This document shows, one piece after another, positions 1-9,658 of a DNA stretch of 64,000 nt (position 1 is its first letter; each line of letters begins with the position of its first letter). The notes beneath the pieces were generated by a model that had not been told where the DNA came from, made no database searches, and saw nothing but the letters and a program-made list of their open reading frames with translations. Position numbers and translations under genes: made by a program. This DNA is from a virus. Location of the stretch: the IMG/VR virus record IMGVR_UViG_3300022748_000015, positions 32,001 through 96,000 of that record; one strand, given 5' to 3'.

Positions 1-1
1 T

Positions 2-2110
2 TTTAAAGCTGGAATACATGATATTGCAGTTGGCCTAGGAGGGCTCACAACTAATCTAACTGCAGCAATTACTGACCCTGGAAATGTGAAGCTTCTTGGG
101 CAGGTGATGCACAACATAGCTGGTGATCTCCCTCTAATCGGTAAGATCCTAGGTAGCGTATATGGTGTATTTCTCTCTATTCTGGATGCATCACATCCTC
201 TTGTAACTGACTTCCTAAAGTTCTTAAACACTAAGGTCAAAGGTCTTGACGAGTGGATGAAGACTGAAGAAGGCAAGAAGAAGATGAAAGACTTCTTCGC
301 TGGATCTGAGCGCATCATGAAGGATCTAGGTACTATCTTCGAAAATACTCTTGGTGGTATCGGTGCCATTATTGGAGCTAACTTCGAGCCAGGGTCTGGT
401 GGAGATATTATGCTCCAGTGGCTTAAGAAAGTAACCGGCAACTGGGCCGCTATGGATGACACTGTTAAGGGTAAAAATGCTCTTAAGCAGTATTTCATTG
501 ACACAGCTAATAATTCAACAAAAATTCTTGATGCTGTCGGTGCGCTTGTAAAAAACTTCCTTGCCCTTGGTGCTAATCCAAATATTGGAAAAACCTTCGA
601 GGCGCTATCTAATCCTGATGCTGTAAAAGCTGCTCAGAATATTGGTACATCTTTAGTTGATGCTGGACCATCACTAGGGAAACTTGTAGCAGATCTTACC
701 ATCTTTATTGATAAGATGACAGACAGTAAGGCTATTAGTAATTTCTTTGACACTATTGATGGTGCAGTCAGAGGTTTGAATGATCTTTTCAAAAATCCTG
801 CTATTGATAATTTCTTCAAGCTTCTAGGGCAAATTCACGGAGTAATCTTTGGAATTGTTGGAATTTCTAAGGTAGCTGGCTTTGGCTTTAAGGTCATGGG
901 AGATACTTATAAAGCATTCGGCGATGCTGTTGGTGCTGTACCTAAATTCTTCCAATCAACTAAGATCGGAATACAGGACACTAGTAATGCTCTAGGTATG
1001 ATCCGCTGGCCTGAAAAGAATAAGCTAGCTGATGCCTTTGCTATTGGAAAATCTGGTGGAAGTTTTAAGCAAGGATTAACTAGCCTTGGAAATGAACTAG
1101 ATAGCCAGATGAGCAGAATGGTTGGCACAACTAAAACTGCATTCGGAAACATGGGGCAGAGCACTAATATATTTACTAGTGCTATTGGCAAGGCTGGGCT
1201 ATTCTTAATGGCTAACCCTATGGTTGCCGCCATTGGTCTTATTGTTGGTGCAATGGTTCTGCTATACAACAATAGTAAAGAGTTCCGCGACTTTGTTGAT
1301 ACTGCATTTAAACAGATCGGTCAAATATTCAGCGACACATGGGGTGCCATCCAAGCTGCTCTCAAGCCGGCTATGGATGCTTTCGATGAGCTATTTAAGA
1401 CCCTAGGTATAGATACTGCTGGAGCTAAGGGAAGTCCACTAGTTGTATTCTTTGAGGCTATTGTGAATATAGTTAAGGTAGTTATTGCTGCACTAGCTGC
1501 TGTAGTTACTTATTTAGTAGGTCAATTTGCTAGAGGCATAACTGCAACAGTATCCATCTTCAGCGGGTTTATCAAGATCATTAAGGGAATTACCGACCTC
1601 ATCGGGGCTTTCTTTAAGGCTCTGACAACTGGCAAGTGGGATGATTTTGCAAAGGCTGCTGATAAGGCTTTCCAGGGTATGAAAGCCGGAGCAATGCAGA
1701 TTTTTGCTGGTATTGTTAATTTCTTTATTGATGGTATCAATAATGGAATCAAACTTGCTAACGATATCAGCAAGAATATCTCTACTGCTACCGGTGGAGC
1801 TGTTAAGCTTGGAACTATACCACTAGTACCTAAATGGGTACCAAAGATGGCAAAGGGTGGAACAGTTCTACCGTCTCCAGGTGGATCGCTCATTAACGTA
1901 GCTGAAGCTGGCCGCCCTGAGCGTATTGAACCTTTGGATTCCAATGGCCTTTCAAACCGTGATAAAGCCTTAATCGACTTCCTATCTGGCGGTGCAGCTG
2001 GAAAGTCGATTCAAATGAATATATATCCATCAGCTGGTATGGATGAACGTGAGCTAGCTGCTGCAGTATCACGCCAGCTGGCCTTCGAACTCCGTAAGGG
2101 TGGAATCTAA
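2..2110 (+). CDS. Tape measure protein, C-terminal part (5' end lies outside the window)
   Basis: Frame is open from nt 2 (FKAGIHDIAVGLGG...) into the 86..2110 ORF. Long Ala/Gly/Ile-rich amphipathic helical protein, ends ...PKMAKGGTV...VAEAGRPE (typical TMP C-terminus), and is followed directly by Dit and hub genes. Confidence 0.9.
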   Translation, partial: FKAGIHDIAVGLGGLTTNLTAAITDPGNVKLLGQVMHNIAGDLPLIGKILGSVYGVFLSILDASHPLVTDFLKFLNTKVKGLDEWMKTEEGKKKMKDFFAGSERIMKDLGTIFENTLGGIGAIIGANFEPGSGGDIMLQWLKKVTGNWAAMDDTVKGKNALKQYFIDTANNSTKILDAVGALVKNFLALGANPNIGKTFEALSNPDAVKAAQNIGTSLVDAGPSLGKLVADLTIFIDKMTDSKAISNFFDTIDGAVRGLNDLFKNPAIDNFFKLLGQIHGVIFGIVGISKVAGFGFKVMGDTYKAFGDAVGAVPKFFQSTKIGIQDTSNALGMIRWPEKNKLADAFAIGKSGGSFKQGLTSLGNELDSQMSRMVGTTKTAFGNMGQSTNIFTSAIGKAGLFLMANPMVAAIGLIVGAMVLLYNNSKEFRDFVDTAFKQIGQIFSDTWGAIQAALKPAMDAFDELFKTLGIDTAGAKGSPLVVFFEAIVNIVKVVIAALAAVVTYLVGQFARGITATVSIFSGFIKIIKGITDLIGAFFKALTTGKWDDFAKAADKAFQGMKAGAMQIFAGIVNFFIDGINNGIKLANDISKNISTATGGAVKLGTIPLVPKWVPKMAKGGTVLPSPGGSLINVAEAGRPERIEPLDSNGLSNRDKALIDFLSGGAAGKSIQMNIYPSAGMDERELAAAVSRQLAFELRKGGI

Positions 2111-3057
2111 TGGTTGATTTAACCAATGTAAATCCAGTAACCCAGTCAGAAGAAAATAAGGCTGTAAATAGAGGTCTTACAAAAGCCCCCTACCCATACG
2201 TAACGGGATTAGAGTTAAAGGGAGATATCTCTCTAGGTAACTTAACCCTAAATACTATCGATGAGAATGGTGTTGTGTGGGTATGCACCGACCTTGAGGG
2301 TTGGTGGCAACATCCGGAACCAGTATTTAATGACCTACCACGTGGTCTTGGTGATGGTTCATACGATGTCAGAGGTCGCTATTCGGCTAGAGTTATTACT
2401 TTGAATGGTGTATTCCTGACTCCAGACGCCTCGTATGTACAAGCTGCCAGAGATAAGCTCGCTATGGCTGCCAACCTTGTATATTCTGGTGCATGGCTTG
2501 TTGCCAAAGAAGGTCCAGATAAGGCCGCCTGGGTCCGCCTAAGTGGTCAACCAAAGATTACTACTGTAAATGCACGTGGTCGCACCGAGTTCACCATCGG
2601 GCTTAAAGCCGGTGATCCGATTAAGTATGAATGGTTTGGAGCAGCTGACCTATACGACGATACTCCTGCACCATTGTATGCAAAGAACACCTCTGCAGGG
2701 CATACGGGATCCGTAACTGTAATTAACAAAGGAAATGTAAAAGTACCAGTTTCTTTTGAAATCAATGGGACTCTAACTTCTAGCGCATCATCCCCTGCAA
2801 AGATAAAAAATATTACTCGCAATGAAACGATAGAAATTGTGTCTGCCCAGGGCGGGAGCGATGTACTATCTGTCGATACCTACAACCGAGAAGTTCTTTT
2901 CAATGATTCCGCGTTAAATGCACGATCGAGAGTTGGCATTCTAGCTGAGTGGATCTATCTAGATCCGGGTGAAAATATTCTAACTTTTGAAGATACCAGT
3001 AATTCTGGTAGCTCGGCCGTATGCAATATTTTCTTCAGATCCGGCTGGATTGCTTAG
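2110..3057 (+). CDS. Distal tail protein (Dit)-like minor tail protein
   Basis: Immediately after TMP. Has LEGWW, RGLGDGSY and a YL.PGEN...RSGWI end, as in siphovirus Dit proteins. Confidence 0.8.
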   Translation: MVDLTNVNPVTQSEENKAVNRGLTKAPYPYVTGLELKGDISLGNLTLNTIDENGVVWVCTDLEGWWQHPEPVFNDLPRGLGDGSYDVRGRYSARVITLNGVFLTPDASYVQAARDKLAMAANLVYSGAWLVAKEGPDKAAWVRLSGQPKITTVNARGRTEFTIGLKAGDPIKYEWFGAADLYDDTPAPLYAKNTSAGHTGSVTVINKGNVKVPVSFEINGTLTSSASSPAKIKNITRNETIEIVSAQGGSDVLSVDTYNREVLFNDSALNARSRVGILAEWIYLDPGENILTFEDTSNSGSSAVCNIFFRSGWIA

Positions 3058-3107
3058 TGGTACAATATATCTAGAGACAAATACTGAACTAGATAGTTAA
3101 GGACGAA

Positions 3108-5171
3108 ATGCCATCTCAGCGGGATAATGTATCAATCTATAGGTATTTCCTATATGATTTGATATCTAATACCTTCCTTGCCGAGGTCCCTTTCAAAGGT
3201 GTATCTTACGGAAGAGCCCTAAAAGAAGCTGGAAGCTTTAGCGGCTCGATTCCTGTCGTAGATGATACTGCAAGTTTAGATCTTTACAACTCGACAATGC
3301 CAGGTAAGACGGCACTATTTATCGTAAGAAACGATACATGTGTGTGGGGTGGTATGGTTTGGTCCCGTAGCTATAACATAGTAACCCGTTCATTGAGTGT
3401 AAATGCCAGCGAATTTACTAGCTACCTCCACCACCGGGTTATCTGGCAAACTTGGTCGGATGCTTATCCTTGTACTATTACCATAAATAATGGTATTGGC
3501 TCTGTAGTTCTAACCAATGGTACCTATGAGTTTGCTGCTAATATGCCTGTAGCCCTGAGCTTCAGCAATGAGAATGCCATGAAGTATGGTGGCTTCTATA
3601 GTATTGTAAGCTCCCCTGCTCCAACCACTACATCCTTCTCGTTTGATGCATCTAAGTGGTTTAATCCAGATCTAAATGATGGTCTCGGTGGAGAGGATAC
3701 TATCCCGAATCTAGTAGACCTAGAGTGCACCACCGAGGTGCGAGCGGATACATACCACTACATGCGAGAAATGCTAGAAGAGTTGATGATCGACTTTTCT
3801 AACCTAAACTTTGCAACCATTGATATAGAACCAGGAATCTCTAGAAAGTTTGTAGTTCAGTCTGTAAATAGAATCAACAATAAGGCTACCTTCACTGTAG
3901 ATGACAACCACTGGCTAGTTGCTGGTCAGAAGATGAAAGTGACTAACGTCGGTAGCGGGTTCGATGGCATCTACAATGTATCTTCCATACCTGCAGGAAA
4001 CCAAATCACTATTGAAAGTCCAGGATCGGATCTTGCAGTAAGCGCTGTTCCAGCTAGAACTGCTTCAATTATTGCTAAAGAAGTTTCAGAGACCTACGCA
4101 GTAGTCCTAACTACTAGCTCCGCTCATGGGTTCAATACCGATGACGTTGTAGATATTTCTGGTGTAGATACCTTTATTGATGGTACATACCTAATAGACA
4201 CTGTTACAGCAGACACATTCACCATCACAACCCCTGCAACTATTACCAAGAAAACAGCAGTTGTTGGTGGTATGGCCTACGTTAAGCCACTAGTGATTTA
4301 TGGTGAATACGGAAGCTTCTCTAAAAACTCCAATATTGGCTTAAAATTCTCTAATCTAGGCTATAGCGGATACAATACTACGAATGCAGCAATTCGAGGA
4401 TACACTCTAACCTCTGCTGGTGAATACCTGGATGCGTTTTCTAGCAGACTTAATGGATTTGAATATCGAATTGACTGTGACTACGATAAAAATACAAATT
4501 CCTTCTCTAAGACCTTTATATTTCTACCATACAAGCCTCAGTCGTATACTGACTACATAGATAGTCTTCCTAACGGTAAATTACCACTAGGCCAGTCAGT
4601 ACCTCCTTCTGCATTAGGTGCGGATAAGATTGTCTTCGAGCATCCTGGAAATATTTTGGATGCAGCCATGGAGGAAAGTGCTGAAGACGGTGCTACCCGT
4701 GTTTGGTACAGCGGAGCTGATAGTAGCCTAGGTGCAGATGCTAGCCAGCCTTATTCTGGAGCTTCAGCTAACGACTACTTAGGCGGGCTTGATTTCCCAT
4801 GGCCGATTCTTGACTCAGTTCAGAAGCCGCCAGTACAAAATCTCGGTGAGCAGAGCTTATATGACTATGCTCAGTCATACCTATATGACTCGTTGCCTCC
4901 AATATCAACTTTCACTATCTCGGTGAATGGGTCTATATCACCTGAAGTAGGTACATATAAGCCAGGTGATTGGTGCTCGATTCGACTTGATGATCCGTTT
5001 GTTCAGGAAAGACTAAATAGTCACCTAGAGCCACGTACTGATATTTTAGTTCGCAAGATTGACTCCTATACGGTATCTGTCCCGGATACTCCTACTTTCC
5101 CCGAGAAGGTAGACTTACAACTAGTTACGGAAGCGCAGGTGGACAAGGTTGGGTCTTCGAAGACGGCGTAA
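3108..5171 (+). CDS. Baseplate hub / Tal-like minor tail protein with inserted beta-rich domains
   Basis: Follows Dit. N-terminus YRYFLYDLISNTFLAEVPF...GSFSGSI...VWGG.VWSR and C-terminal Y.PGDWC resemble actinophage hub proteins. Confidence 0.75.
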   Translation: MPSQRDNVSIYRYFLYDLISNTFLAEVPFKGVSYGRALKEAGSFSGSIPVVDDTASLDLYNSTMPGKTALFIVRNDTCVWGGMVWSRSYNIVTRSLSVNASEFTSYLHHRVIWQTWSDAYPCTITINNGIGSVVLTNGTYEFAANMPVALSFSNENAMKYGGFYSIVSSPAPTTTSFSFDASKWFNPDLNDGLGGEDTIPNLVDLECTTEVRADTYHYMREMLEELMIDFSNLNFATIDIEPGISRKFVVQSVNRINNKATFTVDDNHWLVAGQKMKVTNVGSGFDGIYNVSSIPAGNQITIESPGSDLAVSAVPARTASIIAKEVSETYAVVLTTSSAHGFNTDDVVDISGVDTFIDGTYLIDTVTADTFTITTPATITKKTAVVGGMAYVKPLVIYGEYGSFSKNSNIGLKFSNLGYSGYNTTNAAIRGYTLTSAGEYLDAFSSRLNGFEYRIDCDYDKNTNSFSKTFIFLPYKPQSYTDYIDSLPNGKLPLGQSVPPSALGADKIVFEHPGNILDAAMEESAEDGATRVWYSGADSSLGADASQPYSGASANDYLGGLDFPWPILDSVQKPPVQNLGEQSLYDYAQSYLYDSLPPISTFTISVNGSISPEVGTYKPGDWCSIRLDDPFVQERLNSHLEPRTDILVRKIDSYTVSVPDTPTFPEKVDLQLVTEAQVDKVGSSKTA

Positions 5172-8100
5172 AAAGCTCACTACAGTAATTACTAGCATTG
5201 ATCGCAGACTAAGGTCTATGGAGTCATATACGATTCCAACTCGTATTGCTAGAAAGACAATTACCGCAGCCGAGATTGCTGATGGTGTTATTCCACCGTC
5301 AGACCCCAAGGATTCTGGTGCTACTGGATCAACTTCCGGAACTTCTGCGCCCACAGAATTTGCTGTAATTTCGGCAGCAACCTATTCTGCAAAAAACCTT
5401 ACTGGAAGTGCCGACTGGGTAGAGGTCACTACTGCAACACCCCATGGGTATGCGAAGGGTGATAAGGTCACTATCTTCGGTCTAAATAATAATTTAGTAA
5501 ATGCTGATGGTACTTTCACGGTGTCCGAGCAGATTTCCGATACTGTATTTAGATACAGCCCCTCTTTGAATGGGTTCTATTCTTCAGTAGTTACATTAGC
5601 TACCTCGGCTACTGTCACCCAAAGATCGAGAACTACTGCTGTAGCCACTCTTAAACTCTCTTCTACTTCTCATGGCTTTAATGTCGGTGAGGTTGTCACT
5701 GTTTCGGCAGTTGATGATGCTTACAATGGAACCTTCTTTATTGCTTCTGTTTCTGGTGATACCATCACCTATAAGTTCGAGTCAGAGACTACTTCATCAG
5801 AAGCCACTACAACCTCCACCGGATCTGTAAATGCTGTAACTCACAAGTTTGCCATCATTGGTGATACTTGGATTGATACATCAGCAACTCCTAGTTCATA
5901 TAAGGTCTGGAATGGTCTTAAATGGACCGATTCGTCTAATGTTCCTGCAGGAACCATCGTAAATGATGGTGTAGCACCATCAGCACCGACTGGATTATCC
6001 GCCACGCAAAATGGTTACTATGATGAATCTAGCGGTGGCCCAAAAATTGCTATCTCCCTTAAGTGGAATGCCCCAACTACTAATGCTGACAATACTCCAT
6101 TAAGGGATCTCGGTGGTTATAAGGTATTTTATAAATATGCTGCCGGAGTAGTTGATACTGGGTCAGCGGGAGATGGTAGTACTAACACTACAACTCTAAA
6201 TTCAGATGGAACTCTCACTGGTACTTTTTCATACGCTGCCAATGAGCGGGGATCGGCTAGCACTGTTACCCTGACAACTAGTGCTGGTACTATACAACCT
6301 AGTACTTACTCTATTGCTGCGGGTGCCTCTGGAAATCTTTCTTGGACAGTTTCAGGTCTGTCTGATGCTCAGGAAGTTACCGTATCATGGAGTACTTCAG
6401 TAAATGGCTACGGGGATATAACTGGAACAACTGGATCTACTAATGTAGTTAGTAAAAACAACTATCCAGCTGCTGACTGGCGTTATGATATTTTTGGTAA
6501 TACGTCTATAACAGATACGACTAACCCTACTGCAGCAGACCCGGTTGGTGGCGGACCCGCAGCTGCGGCTACTGATTGGAACGTTGCTGGAGAAGTATCT
6601 GCTGAAGTAGCCTCATATGTAATCAGAGATATAAACGTATCATCTAGTGTGATTTTTGCAGTACAAGCATTTGATTCATCGAAGCTTAACTATTCAATTA
6701 AATCGGATGAGCTAACTGTCTCTACAGGCAAGCCAGCACTAGTTTTAGGTCCATTATCTAAGCCAGATGTAGTAGTCCGACTAGGAACTGCAACTATTAC
6801 ATGGAATGGTAGTGATTCCGGTGGCAATGCTACCCCTCCATCACTTGACCACGTAGAAGTCCATATAGGATCTACTTCAGGATTTACTCCTGGCGATAGC
6901 ACATACAAAGGTGCAATCACGGCTACGGGGGCGGCTACAGGTAACTTTATTGTAGTTGATGGCCTAGCATATAATTCTCAATGGTATGCAAAGTTTGTAG
7001 CAGTTTCCACTACTGGTGTTAAAGCTTCTCCTTCACCAGCCAGTGATCTTTTCACTATCACTCCTCTAGTCGATACAGACCTGATTGCCAATACACTAAC
7101 TACTTGGCCTTTTGCTGGAAAAGTTGTTAGCGCTGGGTCATTAGCCGATGGGTCAATTAATGCATCATCCCTCCTTGGTCCAAATGTAGTTACTCAGGCG
7201 GCTATTTCAGCAAATGCTATCGGTGCAGATCAAATTGCAGCTGGTGCCATTATTGCTGGAAAAATTGGTGCCAATGCGATCACGGCAAACACTATTGCAG
7301 CTGGCGCTATTACGGCTGGAAAAATTGATGCAAATGCTATTACGGCAGATAACATTCAGGCTGGTGCAATTAGTGCATCTAAAATAACAGCAGATGCTAT
7401 TGATGGAAAAATTATCACTGGTGCTACTGTTCGTACTGCAGCAGCAGGTGCTAGGGTTCTTTTAGATTCTTCTGGATTCTATGCCTATAATTCTGGTGGT
7501 ACTCAGACATTCAAAATTGACTCATCTACTGGAACCGTAACAATTGGAAGCTATGCTCCTGCTACATCTAATGATTTGGCTGGAAAGATTAGTAATGGTG
7601 GTGCAGCAGCAGATGTCAATAATCCTGCATACACTACTACAATTACTGGCACAAAAATTACACCTAATTCGGTAACTGCAAGTCAAATAAATGCTGATTC
7701 TGTTGCAGCAGCTGTAGTAACTGCAAATACTGTCACTTCTCAGGTAATGTCTGGATCCAAGTATGTAGAGTTTAGCGGCGCAGGCGGAACTGACATTGTT
7801 CGTCTAGGGTATGGCACCGGTTCCTATGCGGGTGCTCCTGGTGTAGCTATTATTGCTGGTGGCACGTACGTAGGCTGGGCTGGAAGCTGGGGTAGTGGTG
7901 ATTTAGAGGTTGGTACCAACTATTACGACTGCTACTTAGACTTCTTTAGATCAGATAATAGCATTATTATGCGTGGACAGACTGTAACTCTATCCGCAAG
8001 CCCTCTCTCTACTGGTGTTACAGGGTATATGAATCTCGATTCTTTGCGCCTAACGCAGACTGGTGCAATGACTGTTAAATCAAGCAACTCTTCAGCCTTT

Positions 8101-8568
8101 AGGGTTGAAAGTCTTGGTGGTGCATATCATATGTCATTGAATGCTGCTGTTGGTGGTGTTGCTGATTACGCTCGACTCTATGTAGATCCAAAGAACACCG
8201 CTCGAGTTGGGTTACAGGTAGAAGGTGTTATCAATCACTATGGAACAGTAAACCTATCCAGCCGTAGATTCAAGGAAGATATAAAACCATATGAATCTAA
8301 AAAAGCAAATGATTTAGTTTTGGATGTCGGGCTAGTTACTTATAAATATCTAAATAAAGATGGAACCTCCAACCCTGAAGCTGCCTCTCAGCTAGGTGTT
8401 ATTGCCGAGGAAATTCTAGATCTTGGGCTAGATAATGTAGTATTGTTTGATGATGATGGTGTAACTCCTAAGGGAGTTGATTACACTAAGTTTGGGCTTC
8501 TACTTATTCCAGTAGTACGTGACCTAAAAGCTCAGATTTTAGAATTGCAGAATAGATTAGGAGCCTAA
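5149..8568 (+). CDS. Central tail fibre/spike with Fn3-like domains and C-terminal intramolecular chaperone (Peptidase S74)
   Basis: PSAPTGLSAT...LKWNAP Fn3 signature; (I.AGAITA.KI) coil repeats; C-terminal SSRRFKEDIK...LGVIAEE...VDY...LK..I..L chaperone motif. Confidence 0.85.
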   Translation: MGLRRRRKKLTTVITSIDRRLRSMESYTIPTRIARKTITAAEIADGVIPPSDPKDSGATGSTSGTSAPTEFAVISAATYSAKNLTGSADWVEVTTATPHGYAKGDKVTIFGLNNNLVNADGTFTVSEQISDTVFRYSPSLNGFYSSVVTLATSATVTQRSRTTAVATLKLSSTSHGFNVGEVVTVSAVDDAYNGTFFIASVSGDTITYKFESETTSSEATTTSTGSVNAVTHKFAIIGDTWIDTSATPSSYKVWNGLKWTDSSNVPAGTIVNDGVAPSAPTGLSATQNGYYDESSGGPKIAISLKWNAPTTNADNTPLRDLGGYKVFYKYAAGVVDTGSAGDGSTNTTTLNSDGTLTGTFSYAANERGSASTVTLTTSAGTIQPSTYSIAAGASGNLSWTVSGLSDAQEVTVSWSTSVNGYGDITGTTGSTNVVSKNNYPAADWRYDIFGNTSITDTTNPTAADPVGGGPAAAATDWNVAGEVSAEVASYVIRDINVSSSVIFAVQAFDSSKLNYSIKSDELTVSTGKPALVLGPLSKPDVVVRLGTATITWNGSDSGGNATPPSLDHVEVHIGSTSGFTPGDSTYKGAITATGAATGNFIVVDGLAYNSQWYAKFVAVSTTGVKASPSPASDLFTITPLVDTDLIANTLTTWPFAGKVVSAGSLADGSINASSLLGPNVVTQAAISANAIGADQIAAGAIIAGKIGANAITANTIAAGAITAGKIDANAITADNIQAGAISASKITADAIDGKIITGATVRTAAAGARVLLDSSGFYAYNSGGTQTFKIDSSTGTVTIGSYAPATSNDLAGKISNGGAAADVNNPAYTTTITGTKITPNSVTASQINADSVAAAVVTANTVTSQVMSGSKYVEFSGAGGTDIVRLGYGTGSYAGAPGVAIIAGGTYVGWAGSWGSGDLEVGTNYYDCYLDFFRSDNSIIMRGQTVTLSASPLSTGVTGYMNLDSLRLTQTGAMTVKSSNSSAFRVESLGGAYHMSLNAAVGGVADYARLYVDPKNTARVGLQVEGVINHYGTVNLSSRRFKEDIKPYESKKANDLVLDVGLVTYKYLNKDGTSNPEAASQLGVIAEEILDLGLDNVVLFDDDGVTPKGVDYTKFGLLLIPVVRDLKAQILELQNRLGA

Positions 8569-8569
8569 T

Positions 8570-8917
8570 ATGGCATGGGATTTTAGAGCAGTAGAGGAGA
8601 CTCCGGCTGATTCGGTAGGGGTTTGGGTCCCTATGGGGTTGAAGATCGTTAAAGCCTTAGTTGATGATGCCGGAGTTGATGTTGTTGTAGTAGATACAAC
8701 CATAGATGATGCCTTATCAAATGCTGGCCCCGGGTTCTCGGCTGAATATTACCTAGCTGTTAAAGAACTATTTTCTAGACAATTAGATCAAATTTTTACG
8801 CTAGGCGACGGAGGAAACATTAACTTCGCTCTAGCCGGTATTTATGGCAGAAAACTCGAGCAATGTCTAGCAACGGCTAAATATTTAAGTGAAGGGGCAC
8901 CTACAGCTAATGTCTAA
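8570..8917 (+). CDS. Hypothetical protein (possible fibre assembly accessory)
   Basis: 115-aa ORF starting 1 nt after the fibre stop, with GGAG RBS. Function inferred from position only. Confidence 0.6.
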   Translation: MAWDFRAVEETPADSVGVWVPMGLKIVKALVDDAGVDVVVVDTTIDDALSNAGPGFSAEYYLAVKELFSRQLDQIFTLGDGGNINFALAGIYGRKLEQCLATAKYLSEGAPTANV

Positions 8918-9089
8918 TAATAAATTTAGTGAATCCATTGAACTAGAGCTGGAAGCTACTAGAAAGCTTTTAGACCTAACTAGAGAACGCTTGGCAGCCG
9001 CGATTTTTACAATTACGGAATTAGAAACACTACTAGAGCTATCTAGATCTGCATCCGTAGATACTACTAATACATCTAATGGTAATTAG
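8910..9089 (+). CDS. Small coiled-coil hypothetical protein
   Basis: Likely start is ATG 8910 overlapping the previous stop (track start 8889). Heptad pattern LEATRKLLDLTRERLAAAIFTITELETLL. Confidence 0.55.
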   Translation: MSNNKFSESIELELEATRKLLDLTRERLAAAIFTITELETLLELSRSASVDTTNTSNGN

Positions 9090-9125
9090 TTATAAAATAT
9101 ATGTAAGTAGATTTTAGAGAGACAT

Positions 9126-9596
9126 ATGTTAGAAGTTAAAGACGGATCAAGAACTTTACAGTTCAACGGACATTTATTGGCAGAATCATCCTCTTTTCGT
9201 AGAGGGTCCACTCGTTGGATTGAGTTTAAGCTTTATAAGACTGAGAGTGGTTCATACATCCTAAGCCGCATCGGGGTATCTTTAGTGTTCCATGCCCCTG
9301 TGTGCCAACTAGTGAAACGATATGGGCTAACTGAGGTTGACTACCAAGATATCAATTCAAATTCAATTCCGTGTATAGAATGCGATCCAGATGAGAGCGC
9401 CTCTCTAGTCTTCCCTGAAAAGGATCGCTACTGGGCTCAGGTGAGCGACTCGCCGATTGCTGTTTTAGATGCTTTATATAAATATGACGATGGCGGTGCT
9501 CGCTATTTGACTAATGTAGCTCAGAGATTATTGGAGGATGCTTCTAAGGTTGATGATGCAATTCTTCATGTATACAAGGTAGAAATTATTCCATAA
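9126..9596 (+). CDS. Conserved-looking actinophage hypothetical protein
   Basis: 156-aa ORF with GAGA RBS and C..C motif. No function recognised. Confidence 0.6.
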   Translation: MLEVKDGSRTLQFNGHLLAESSSFRRGSTRWIEFKLYKTESGSYILSRIGVSLVFHAPVCQLVKRYGLTEVDYQDINSNSIPCIECDPDESASLVFPEKDRYWAQVSDSPIAVLDALYKYDDGGARYLTNVAQRLLEDASKVDDAILHVYKVEIIP

Positions 9597-9601
9597 TCAG
9601 C

Positions 9602-9630
9602 TTGCATTATTAAAAACTGTCTAGTACAGT
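9602..9630 (+). promoter_or_regulatory. SigA/sigma70-type promoter upstream of polA
   Basis: TTGCAT-17 nt-TACAGT, 28 nt before the polA ATG. Confidence 0.55.
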
Positions 9631-9658
9631 AAAGTGAAGTAAAGACGTAAGGACAATA